A DNA stretch of 64,000 bases from Azolla caroliniana. Its lineage: Eukaryota; Plantae; Polypodiophyta. The stretch spans positions 2,914,001 through 2,978,000 of the forward strand of contig JBHGNT010000001.1 in the NCBI GenBank assembly GCA_043228905.1, written 5' to 3'. The translations under genes and the position numbers were made by a program. Below, one piece after another: positions 37,510 through 47,873 of the stretch. The notes under the pieces were generated by a model. It made no database searches. It was not told where the DNA came from and was given only the letters and a program-made list of their open reading frames with translations. Every line of letters begins with the position of its first letter. Within the stretch, counting starts at the first letter, position 1.

Positions 37510-37654
37510 GGTCAAAAACTGAAATAGGAAAAAGAACTCCATGGAAAAGGGGACAAAAAGCTATATAATTGAACAAATGAATGCAAACAGGTCAAAAACT
37601 GAAATAGGAAAAAGAACTCACATGGAAAAGGGGACAAAAAGCTATATAATTGAA
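37510..37654. repeat. Short direct duplication (~65 bp)
   Basis: GGTCAAAAACTGAAATAGGAAAAAGAACTC..ATGGAAAAGGGGACAAAAAGCTATATAATTGAA occurs twice, about 80 bp apart. Confidence 0.85.
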
Positions 37655-39449
37655 ACAAGTGAATGCAAACCTCTCAACTACAGTAATATATATATATATC
37701 TTTGTAGTGGAAAATTGTTAATACACAAACATTTAGTTTTAAAGCAAAAGGTAAGCATTATATGTATTAAAAGTGGAAAAGGACAATCCAAAGGTAAAGT
37801 TGTCTTTTTCTTTTTCTTTTTTTTCTTCTTCATGTACAAATCAAATTATTTGATGACAACATGTTCTTGTGTTATGTCTACCTTCCCCTCAATTGCCACA
37901 TTTTCCTACTTCCACATTAAAATCCTAATGAGAGAACTAGGTGGAAGACCTTTTTTCTTTGTCACCGTGAGAGGATTACTATAGGTGCTATTGGATTGTT
38001 ATCAATCATCTCTAACTTTGATGGAAAGGTTGGAACTTGATTATTGTTAAGATTTTTTCATTATATTCTTGAGCTTGCTTAAGACTTCTCTTCATGAGCG
38101 GAGCAGAGGCCACTAGGGAACGGAGCAAGAGCAGGAGCTGAATCGTGCCCACCTTAAGACAACACGGGGGAACAGAGCAGACGAGCGGAGCAGGAGCAGC
38201 GGAGTAGAGGCCACCAGGGAACGGAGCAAGAGCAGGAGCTGAAGCGCACCCACTTGACAACGCAGAGTGGAGGGCACATAGAGCCCCTCTTTGCAGGCCC
38301 TGCCCTCTCTGTCCACTACCTACAGGGCGATGGTCGTCATAGCTACTACTAAACACGCACCTCTCACAGGTCCCTCTTTTGATAAAGAGAAAATGCAAGA
38401 TAAATACAACCCAAGTAGTGAGAGTCCTGTTTAGATTAGTTTTAGTAACGAAGAAATGTTACTATTGGAGCAGGATATAGATTTTCTTGAGCGAATAGCG
38501 GTCATATGCCGTGTGGTGGGCACAAGTAGGTGGAATAAAGGAAGTCCAACTGCTTGGTAAAGGTTTCTATCAAATCATCCTAGAGGACAAGGATGCCGCA
38601 ATGAAACTCATAACAATGTCTCCTTGCCAAATCTGAAACACATGGTTATTCATGTGTAAATGGACACATGGTTATTCATGTGTAAATGGACACATGGTTT
38701 TAACCCAGAGAAGGCTGCGCAACACGATGACTCCATGAAAAAGGTAACAATGTTGTTTCCTGGTTTATCCTTAGAATACAACATGTTACTTCCTACTATG
38801 GAAACTCCTTTGGTATGATGCTGGACGAGGACCTAATGCTATCGGATAGGCTAAAGAAGCAACTAGGCCCTCCCTCTATACGCATTTTGGTGCCAAACAT
38901 CGACAAACTTCCTTCCAAGATCCTCATTCCTGGAAAAAACGGAATGCGGATTGAACAACACATAGAAGTGATTAATGGATCGGGGCAATGTTTTGCATGC
39001 AAAAAATTTGGTCATTTAGAAAAGAACTGCCCCACGAGAGGCACTAAAGATCCTGCCAAGGAGACCCGAGAAGGTCATGGCACCATAGTCCATGAGAAGC
39101 CCCCCCCCACCACGATCTGATAAGGCTGTGATGTAATGGCAAGTGGTGGGGAAAACCCATGCCTTCCACAAAACTCCATAGACACAAAATCCTCCATCGC
39201 CTTTGAGCCCCAATTGATTTGAACTACTGCAAGAGCTCCCCCCCACGGATGAACACTCCCCTAGTTCTTTCTTAAGCCCTAAGGAACGGCCTAAGGTGAC
39301 ACCAAGCACACATGAGAAAATTCTCGTTAAAGCTTACAAAACAGGAAAACGACGAAGGATACATCATGTTAAGACCTTAATGTGGAGTTTGCGTGGAACT
39401 ACACCCAATGGAGAAGCAACAAATCAAGGCAGAAGTTTGAATATCACGC

Positions 39450-41336
39450 TGTCGAGTTGTTACGCTCTTCGCGTGTGGAAAGAGGCGAGACCGCTGGGGC
39501 CTTGAACCAAGGAGCGTGAGAAGGAAGAGAGGGAGAGCAGCTTGCAGAAACACAGAGGGAGGAAGAGAGAGAGAACAAAGTCTTAATTACAAAATCAATA
39601 ACGATTACAACCGGCAAGTCGGCAACAGACCCAACTCAGGCGAACACACACACACGATGCTCACGCACGCACACAGCCCCGACTGCACTGTGGAGCCTTT
39701 CCCGGAAGCACACTGTGGAGCCCGTGTCTTGGCAAAATCCGCGCATTCTTTCCGGATGTGGCCGACCGCGTCGCATCACATGCACCGCTGCGCCGCTGGC
39801 GGCCTTCGGTCACGAGACTGTTCGCCGCTATCCCTCCGGGCATGTGTGATTTGGAGATCTCGCACCATCTGCGATAGCTCTTCTAGAGCCGCGCCTCTGG
39901 AGGGACCTTTGACCACTCCGCTCGGGGCTGAGCCCATCTCAAGCCAACTCCGAGTTTCTTCCTTCCTAGCCTGTACTGACACCGGCTCCTCGAGCTCCCT
40001 CGCCGGGACCGGCCTTGCCGCCGATGAGCCCTCGTCTCGCTCCACTCGCGCCGCTTTTCGAAATGACTGCAGACCCTCCTTACCATGGCCCACTTTACCG
40101 TGAGCCCTTCATCCGTTTCCAACAGGAGACCCACCTTCTCCCGGTCCATGGCGTCCACCGACTTGACGAATAGTAGTACCCGGCTTGTGTTGAGCATGGT
40201 TCGGTCCAGCATCGATAGCCGTGCGAACCGTTTTTCGAACTCCTGGAGGAGCGCCGACGTGTTCCTCCCCTTCCTAGGGCTCTCAACCCACGCCATGAAG
40301 TCTCGCTTGGACAGCCGAAGCGAGATATCGAACCCATACATCTCAAGGAGCTGCAACTCGAACTCCTCCCAAGTCTGGCATCCGGCCAACACCTTGAGCA
40401 CCTCTACGTGGATGCTCAGCGTCACCACCTGAGGGAATCCGGACAGCCGCCTGTCCACCGAGATATCCCTCATGATCATTTCGGCCCGGTAGGCCTCCAA
40501 GTAGCTCGTGGCATTCTTCCCACTGAATTGACCTATGGTGCCGACGATCGACTCAATGGCCTTGTCGAGGGCACCCGTTCCCTCGCGAGCGCTCACTAGC
40601 TGGTCGACGGCTACGACCATAGCTTCAACAAGCTCGGATCCCCTCATCCTTCACTCCTTTGCCGCCTGTTTCACGTCGGGTTCACCAAATATGTCGAGTT
40701 GTTATGCTCTTCGTGTGTGGAAAGAGGCAAGACCGCAGGGGCCTTGAACCAAGGAGCGTGAGAAGGAAGAGAGAGAGAGCAGCTTGCAGAAACACAAAGG
40801 GAGGAAGAGAGAGAGAACAAAGTCTTAATTACAAAATCAATAACGATTACAACCGGCAAGCCGGCAACGGACCCAACTCAGGCGAACACACACACACACG
40901 ATGCTCACGCACGCACACAACCCCGACTACACTGTGGAGTCTCTACTGGAAGCACACGGGCTATCCACGAAGCAGAGGCAACTCAGTCCGAAATCCTACA
41001 GAGAATGACGAACGATGGAGGAGAGAGCTCGATCCCAGTCCGGCAGCACTTCGTCCTCGCTCCTAAAATGTGATGTCTTCATCTGCCTTCTTCCTTCCCT
41101 TTTATAGGCCGTCGAGGCAGGCCATTGCACCCTCGTTTTCATCAATTTATTCTCTGTCCTTTCGGACAGAGATACTCTTTGATTTCCTAGACATTCAATG
41201 CGTCACATCTAGTCTATTTACACCCATCGTCCTACTCCTAGTTATGTACAAGGTATTAATTGGTGTGGAAAAGTGTAGGGCCGGTTCATGCGCCCTGCTT
41301 CGCCGATTCCACTTCTGACCGGTTTTCTTCACAACA
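39450..41336 (-). mobile_element. Internally deleted LTR retrotransposon with a tRNA-Trp PBS and gag only
   Basis: Termini are TGTCG...CAACA with a 4-bp TSD ACGC (39446-49, 41337-40). The full LTR is 40692-41336 and a partial LTR is 39450-~39716. The minus-strand PBS TGGTGAACCCGACGTGAA is complementary to the plant tRNA-Trp 3' end. The gag from 40647 is frameshifted and ends just after the zinc knuckle CMWCDAVGHIRKEC. Confidence 0.9.
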
Positions 41337-42373
41337 ACGCCTCAAATCATAGTCTTCCCAGACACAAATGAGTGTGGTACCTCTAGTCAGGACCTTGAAC
41401 GACACCCACAAAACGCCTTGAAATGACTAGGTATCAGGCATAAGACAATGGAAAAAATAAGGGTACATGTATTGGCAATACACAATAATGGAGTACCAAC
41501 AACCTCAATTTCCTTTCCACTCTTGCTACCGGCACAAGAAGACTGGGCCAAATCCAAGATTAACGATACGCTATGTAGCCAAGCAACATGTTTTGTAACA
41601 AAAATAAGAGACGAACCATGAATTCTGGTGCACCATGGATGAAGAGGAACCTCATCTCTTCCACATCCACATGCAGACTATTATAGACACCCATCTAACT
41701 CCAGGTTTTTTCTATTTCCATGAGAAGCAGGAAGGGCCGATTGAAGCTCACCGGATAGCCCACAAACTCCACTCATGGATTTGGACCATCATCCTATTAG
41801 TGAAAATGAATCGATGTCTAAATGGTGAGTGCTCTCCACTACCGACATGTTGTGCAAAGCATCAGGAACAACTGGCAATCTCCCACCCTATTCCATGAGT
41901 ATGATAATTGTAACATGGAACGTCCAAGGGCTCAGGAGTCGATTAGCCCAACAAAACATCTGATGGAAATTGGGAAGGGATCTTGAGGAATATATATTAG
42001 GGGGTGCTCCTGACATAATCATGTTGTAGGAACACCACCTCGATAATACTCGTTCAAAGGAAGTCAGAGACCTTCTACCAGGATCATGGCGCACAATTTG
42101 GGAGCTAGCAATAGGGGAGGATGGATATCATGGTGGTATTTGCACTTTGATTCGAGAACATCTAGCCCAAGGGTTAATACATCAAGAATCACGTATACCT
42201 GGTAGGGCACATTTTTGCACGTTGGCCATCCAAAGGCAACGTTGGAATTTCATGAATGTTTATGCTCCAAATTGCACAAAAAGGGCAACAACATTCTGGG
42301 AGTGCATCCGCCTACAAGTAGTAGGTGTGGAGGACTGGTGCAATGGAGGGGACTTCAATATAATGATCGAATC

Positions 42374-45300
42374 TGTTGGGATTTCGGTCCCTCCGGATGG
42401 GATGTCCGGAGATGAATGACGGCAAGCCCGGTTGCGGTTACGGAACCGGATGATGAAGAGTATCCGGCATGAAGCCGGATGAAGAGACCCCGACTACGGA
42501 GCCGGATGCAGAAGACCCCGACTACGGAGCCGGATGCTGAAGACCCCGGTTACGGAGCCGGATGACGAATGTACCCGGAGAAAGATCCGGATGCGGGGAC
42601 ATATTTGTGAATATGTTTGCCAAGAGCCCTTGAGGCTATATTTGTAAATAGCCCGAAAGTCATATGTGTATAAATATGACTTAGGGCAAACAGTTTGTAG
42701 TTGCTGCTTATTTTTCTGTTTTTCCACTCAAGGGGAGTGAAGAGAGAGCAGCCGTGAGAGAGAGAGAGAGATAGAGCGCGAGAGACGAAGAGGTAGACGC
42801 CTCTGTGTATTTCCGCCGCCTGTGGCGAGGACAGCGAGCTCAAGGTCGTCGCCTTGCAGCTCGCCATTGTATACTTCTCTGTATAGTGTTTGGTTTGGAG
42901 TCTTGTACTCCCGTGGTTTTTCCCGTCTAGGGTTTTCCACGTTAATCCCTGTGTACTCGCGTTTTATTTTGTTTCTCCGTGTGGTTCCTATTTTCTGCTC
43001 CATTGATCCGCGATTAATCGGTTGTGGCCGACCGAAGAAGGTGAATAGAAGGTTCGATTCTCAACAATCTGGTATCAGAGCGAGCTGTTGCAGAAAATGG
43101 AAGGCGGCGGCAGCGGGCAGCCGGGAATGATGGTGCTGAATGCGCTGAATTACGCCGACTGGAAGATCAAGATGGAGGATCTTCTGATTGTTCGGGACCT
43201 GTACGAACCGATTGACAGGTCGGAAATACCGAAAGGGGTACTTGAGTCGGAATGGAGGCTTCTGAACCGGAAAGCCGTTGCAACCATTCGGCAATACGTC
43301 GACGTGAGCGTTCTACAACATGTGGCGAACGACACCAACGCATATGAGATGTGGCGGAAGCTGTCGGGCCTCTATGAGAGGAAGAATGCGTTGAACCGGA
43401 CCTCCCTGATGAGGAAGATAGTGAATCTCAAGTACCGGGACGGCGAGAGTATGGTGGAACACGTAAGCACGTTCATGGGATTCGTGAACCAGCTTGCGGC
43501 GATCAAGTTCCCGTTGGAGGATGCAATGCAAGCCATCATTCTGATGTGTACATTGCCGGAAAGCTGGGAGAACTTGGTGGTGACTCTCAGCACCTCCTGC
43601 ACCGAAGATAACTTGTCTCTACAAACGGTAAAGACAAGCATTTTGAACGAAGAAGCGCGTCGGAGAGATAAAGAACCGGCCTCCGACTCGAAGGCGCTAC
43701 TTACCAAATCGGAATGGGAAAGACATCGGAACCGGAGTCCGCAAAGACGGGAGAAGTCGGGGACCCGGTCGCAGTCAAGAGGAAGGCCCACATGCTTCCA
43801 CTGTGGGAAGACGGGGCACTTCCGGAAGAATTGTCGGCATTACCGAAAAGACAACGGAGCCGTCGACACCGATTCGAAGAAGTCACCGGAGAGAAACGGT
43901 GCATACCGGGGAGCCACGGACTGGAGAGGTCCGGATCGGCGAGGGCAGGACCGGAAAGGAACGACGGCACTCGCGGCAAGTGAAGAAGAGATAATGCTCA
44001 TTACCGAAGAAAGGGAGCTGAACCTTGCCGGTGTAGAGATGACCTGGGTGGTCGATTCCGGAGCGTCGTTCCACCTGACCCCGGAGAAGAAATACTTCTC
44101 ATCCTACACAGCCGGTGAGCATGGCTGTGTCCGGATGGGAAATGAAGGTACATGCCGGATTGCCGGCATAGGAGACGTGTGGCTGATGACATCAACCGGA
44201 TGCAAGATGCTGCTGAAGGATGTTCGACACGTTCCGGAGGTCCGTTTGAACCTGATCTCGGCCGGGAGGCTAGACGATGAAGGCTACACGGGCAGCATCC
44301 GGAACGGTGTCATGAAGTTCAGCAACGGGAGCCTGATAGTGGCTCGGGCCCGGAAGGTCAACACACTATACCTGATGAATGCCCGGTTATGTCCGGAAGA
44401 GCTGAATGTGGCAGCCGACACTGCCGGTGAGCTGTGGCACAAAAGACTGTGCCACATGAGTGAGAAGGGGATGAAGAGGCTTGCAGAAGACAACCTTATT
44501 CCAGTAAAGCATGTGCACCTGGAGAAGTGCACCGATTGCCTGGCCGGTAAGCAGAACCGAACCTCCTTCCACTCAAGGCCACCGACGAGACGTAGCGCAC
44601 CATTGGAGTTGGTGCACACTGATGTGTGTCAGGTAGAAACGAAGTCACATGGCGGAGCCCAGTACTTCGTGACTTTCATTGATGATCACAGCCGGAAGCT
44701 GTGGACGGCGCCGTTGAAGACAAAGGACCAAGTGTTGTCCGTCTTCAAAGAACTCCACGCGAGAGTGGAAAGAGAATCCGGCAAGAAGCTGAAAGCGATA
44801 CGAGCGGATAACGGAGGGGAATACCGGGGGCAGTTCCAGGAGTACTGTCGCTCGAAGGGAATCCGGCTCGAGTTTACTGTGCCGAAGACGCCGGAACTGA
44901 ACGGGCTGGCCGAGAGGATGAACCGGACCATAATGGAGAGGGTCCGGAGTATGCTGACGCATGCGAAATTACCCAAGGGGTTTTGGGCTGAGGCAATGTC
45001 GACGGCGGCATACGTGATAAACAGATCACCCTCAGTACCTTTGGACGGAGACACGCCGCAGAAAGTGTGGACCGGTAAGGAAGTGTCCTACCGGCATCTG
45101 AAGGTGTTCGGGTGTCTCGCATACGTGCATGTGGCAAAGGACCGGAGAGGAAAGCTAGATCCAAAGACCCGGCCATGCATATTCCTCGGTTACGGCGACG
45201 ACGAGTTCGGCTACCGAGTATGGGACCCGGTCGACAAGAAGATATTCAGGAGTCGAGATATCATCTTCATGGAGGACAAGATACTCACCGACTGGGAGTC

Positions 45301-47873
45301 GGAGAAGAAGATGAAGAGCTCCAAGTCGACCGGTGAGGATCAACTCTACGAGGAGCAGTCCCGACCGGCATGGGACCGGTTAGCACTCGAGGATCCGGCC
45401 GAAGACGGTGAAGAAACAGAACCGGCCGAAGAAGATGAAAATGATACCGGAACCGGCCCCGATCCCGAAATGGATTCGGATGAAGAAGAATCGGAAGAAC
45501 CGGTTACCGAAGCTCCGGAACGGAGATATCCTCTAAGAGAGAGAAGGGCCCCTCGGAGATTTCCGGAACCAGAGCACGTGTTGCTAACCGACGAGGGGGA
45601 GCCGGAGAGCGTTGAGGAAGCGAAGCAAGACACCCAGAGCCGCAGGTGGTTGAGTGCCATGCAGGACGAGATGGATTCCCTGCATGAGAACCACACATAT
45701 GAACTTGTGGAGTTGCCGAAAGGAAAGCGGGCACTTCGAAACAAGTGGGTGTTCAAGCTGAAACCGGGAGATGCCGGAAACCCCCCGAGATACAAAGCCA
45801 GGATCGTGGTGAAGGGGTTCCAGCAGAAGAAGGGCGTCGACTTCGACGAGATATTTGCCCCGGTAGTGAAGATGACCTCCATCCGGACGGTGCTGAGCAT
45901 AGCGGCAAACATGGACCTCGAGGTAGAACAGATGGACGTGAAGACGGCATTCCTTCACGGTGACCTCGAAGAAGAGATCTACATGCAGCAACCGGAAGGA
46001 TTCGAGAAGAAAGGGAAGGAGCACCTGGTATGCCGGTTGAAGAAGAGCCTTTACGGGCTGAAGCAGGCTCCCCGGCAATGGTACCGGAAGTTCGACTCCT
46101 TCATGACCGACGAAGGGTACCACAAAACGCAGTCTGATCACTGCGTGTTTGTGAAGAAATTCGAAGGAGGAGACTCTCTAATACTCCTCCTGTACGTGGA
46201 CGACATGTTGATCGTCGGACGGGACCAGGTCAAGATACGGATGCTGAAGAAGGCTCTTCACCGAACCTTCTCAATGAAGGACTTGGGTCCGGCGAGACAG
46301 ATACTAGGGATGCACATCATCCGGGACCGGAAGAAGAAGCAGTTGTGGCTGTCACAGGAGAAGTACGTGACAAAGGTGCTTCACCGGTTCAACATGTCGG
46401 AAGCAAGACCGGTCGGATCAACTCTCCCGGCAAACTGCAAGTTGTCCAGCAAGCAAAGCCCCAAGACAAAGGCAGAGAAAGAGGACATGATGAAAGTACC
46501 ATATGCCTCTGCTATCGGAAGCTTGATGTACGCAATGGTGTGTACAAGACCGGACATAGGATACGCAGTCGGAGTGGTGAGCCGGTACATGAGCAATCCC
46601 GGCAAAGAACATTGGAACGCGGTTAAGTGGATACTTCGATACCTGAAGGGCACGGCAAACGTGTGCCTCCGATTCGGCTCCGGTAAGCCCGAACTCGACG
46701 GCTTTACCGATTCGGATATGTCGGCTGATGCAGATACCAGCCGGTCCACATCAGGGTATGTGATGACGTATGCAGGGGGAGCTGTTTCGTGGCAGTCGAG
46801 GCTGCAGAAGACGGTTGCGTTGTCAACCACGGAGGCGGAGTACATGGCGGCTGTTGAAGCCGGCAAGGAAATAATATGGATGAAGGACTTCATCAGAGAG
46901 CTCGGTATCCGGCAGGAGGAGTACCGACTCTACTGCGATAGTCAGAGTGCCATCCACCTTGCAAAGAACGCGGCCTACCATTCCCGGACGAAACATATCC
47001 AGCGTAGATACCACTGGATCCGGGAAAGGATAGAAGACAAGGAGTTCGTGCTGACGAAGATCCACACGGACGACAACGGGTCGGATATGCTGACCAAGGT
47101 GCTCACACCCGACAAGCTGGAAGCATGCCGGAAGAGGATTGGATTGGAGAGACATCCCATGCCGAAGTGAAGGGGGAGTTTGTTGGGATTTCGGTCCCTC
47201 CGGATGGGATGTCCGGAGATGAATGACGGCAAGCCCGGTTGCGGTTACGGAACCGGATGATGAAGAGTATCCGGCATGAAGCCGGATGAAGAGACCCCGA
47301 CTACGGAGCCGGATGCAGAAGACCCCGACTACGGAGCCGGATGCTGAAGACCCCGGTTACGGAGCCGGATGACGAATGTACCCGGAGAAAGATCCGGATG
47401 CGGGGACATATTTGTGAATATGTTTGCCAAGAGCCCTTGAGGCTATATTTGTAAATAGCCCGAAAGTCATATGTGTATAAATATGACTTAGGGCAAACAG
47501 TTTGTAGTTGCTGCTTATTTTTCTGTTTTTCCACTCAAGGGGAGTGAAGAGAGAGCAGCCGTGAGAGAGAGAGAGAGATAGAGCGCGAGAGACGAAGAGG
47601 TAGACGCCTCTGTGTATTTCCGCCGCCTGTGGCGAGGACAGCGAGCTCAAGGTCGTCGCCTTGCAGCTCGCCATTGTATACTTCTCTGTATAGTGTTTGG
47701 TTTGGAGTCTTGTACTCCCGTGGTTTTTCCCGTCTAGGGTTTTCCACGTTAATCCCTGTGTACTCGCGTTTTATTTTGTTTCTCCGTGTGGTTCCTATTT
47801 TCTGCTCCATTGATCCGCGATTAATCGGTTGTGGCCGACCGAAGAAGGTGAATAGAAGGTTCGATTCTCAACA
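42374..47873 (+). mobile_element. Intact Ty1/Copia LTR retrotransposon (Tnt1/Tork-like)
   Basis: 693-bp LTRs at 42374-43066 and 47181-47873 (TG...CA), TSD GAATC on both sides, iMet PBS TGGTATCAGAGC at 43070 and PPT GAAGGGGGAG before the 3' LTR. Confidence 0.98.
43097..47170 (+). CDS. Copia Gag-Pol polyprotein (Gag, protease, integrase, RT, RNase H)
   Basis: Uninterrupted ORF with the zinc knuckle CFHCGKTGHFRKNC, protease WVVDSGAS, integrase LWHKRLCH...C..C / LVHTD / RADNGGEY / NGLAERMNRT, RT QMDVKTAFLHG and LLYVDDML, and RNase H FTDSD / STTEAEY / YCDSQSA / DMLTK. The first ATG is at 43097. Confidence 0.97.
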   Translation: MEGGGSGQPGMMVLNALNYADWKIKMEDLLIVRDLYEPIDRSEIPKGVLESEWRLLNRKAVATIRQYVDVSVLQHVANDTNAYEMWRKLSGLYERKNALNRTSLMRKIVNLKYRDGESMVEHVSTFMGFVNQLAAIKFPLEDAMQAIILMCTLPESWENLVVTLSTSCTEDNLSLQTVKTSILNEEARRRDKEPASDSKALLTKSEWERHRNRSPQRREKSGTRSQSRGRPTCFHCGKTGHFRKNCRHYRKDNGAVDTDSKKSPERNGAYRGATDWRGPDRRGQDRKGTTALAASEEEIMLITEERELNLAGVEMTWVVDSGASFHLTPEKKYFSSYTAGEHGCVRMGNEGTCRIAGIGDVWLMTSTGCKMLLKDVRHVPEVRLNLISAGRLDDEGYTGSIRNGVMKFSNGSLIVARARKVNTLYLMNARLCPEELNVAADTAGELWHKRLCHMSEKGMKRLAEDNLIPVKHVHLEKCTDCLAGKQNRTSFHSRPPTRRSAPLELVHTDVCQVETKSHGGAQYFVTFIDDHSRKLWTAPLKTKDQVLSVFKELHARVERESGKKLKAIRADNGGEYRGQFQEYCRSKGIRLEFTVPKTPELNGLAERMNRTIMERVRSMLTHAKLPKGFWAEAMSTAAYVINRSPSVPLDGDTPQKVWTGKEVSYRHLKVFGCLAYVHVAKDRRGKLDPKTRPCIFLGYGDDEFGYRVWDPVDKKIFRSRDIIFMEDKILTDWESEKKMKSSKSTGEDQLYEEQSRPAWDRLALEDPAEDGEETEPAEEDENDTGTGPDPEMDSDEEESEEPVTEAPERRYPLRERRAPRRFPEPEHVLLTDEGEPESVEEAKQDTQSRRWLSAMQDEMDSLHENHTYELVELPKGKRALRNKWVFKLKPGDAGNPPRYKARIVVKGFQQKKGVDFDEIFAPVVKMTSIRTVLSIAANMDLEVEQMDVKTAFLHGDLEEEIYMQQPEGFEKKGKEHLVCRLKKSLYGLKQAPRQWYRKFDSFMTDEGYHKTQSDHCVFVKKFEGGDSLILLLYVDDMLIVGRDQVKIRMLKKALHRTFSMKDLGPARQILGMHIIRDRKKKQLWLSQEKYVTKVLHRFNMSEARPVGSTLPANCKLSSKQSPKTKAEKEDMMKVPYASAIGSLMYAMVCTRPDIGYAVGVVSRYMSNPGKEHWNAVKWILRYLKGTANVCLRFGSGKPELDGFTDSDMSADADTSRSTSGYVMTYAGGAVSWQSRLQKTVALSTTEAEYMAAVEAGKEIIWMKDFIRELGIRQEEYRLYCDSQSAIHLAKNAAYHSRTKHIQRRYHWIRERIEDKEFVLTKIHTDDNGSDMLTKVLTPDKLEACRKRIGLERHPMPK

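Noticed and set aside
43150-47232. Many antisense and alternate-frame ORFs within the Copia, repeated in the second copy
   Set aside because: They are expected in GC-rich, stop-poor sequence, and their recurrence reflects recent common ancestry of the two copies.
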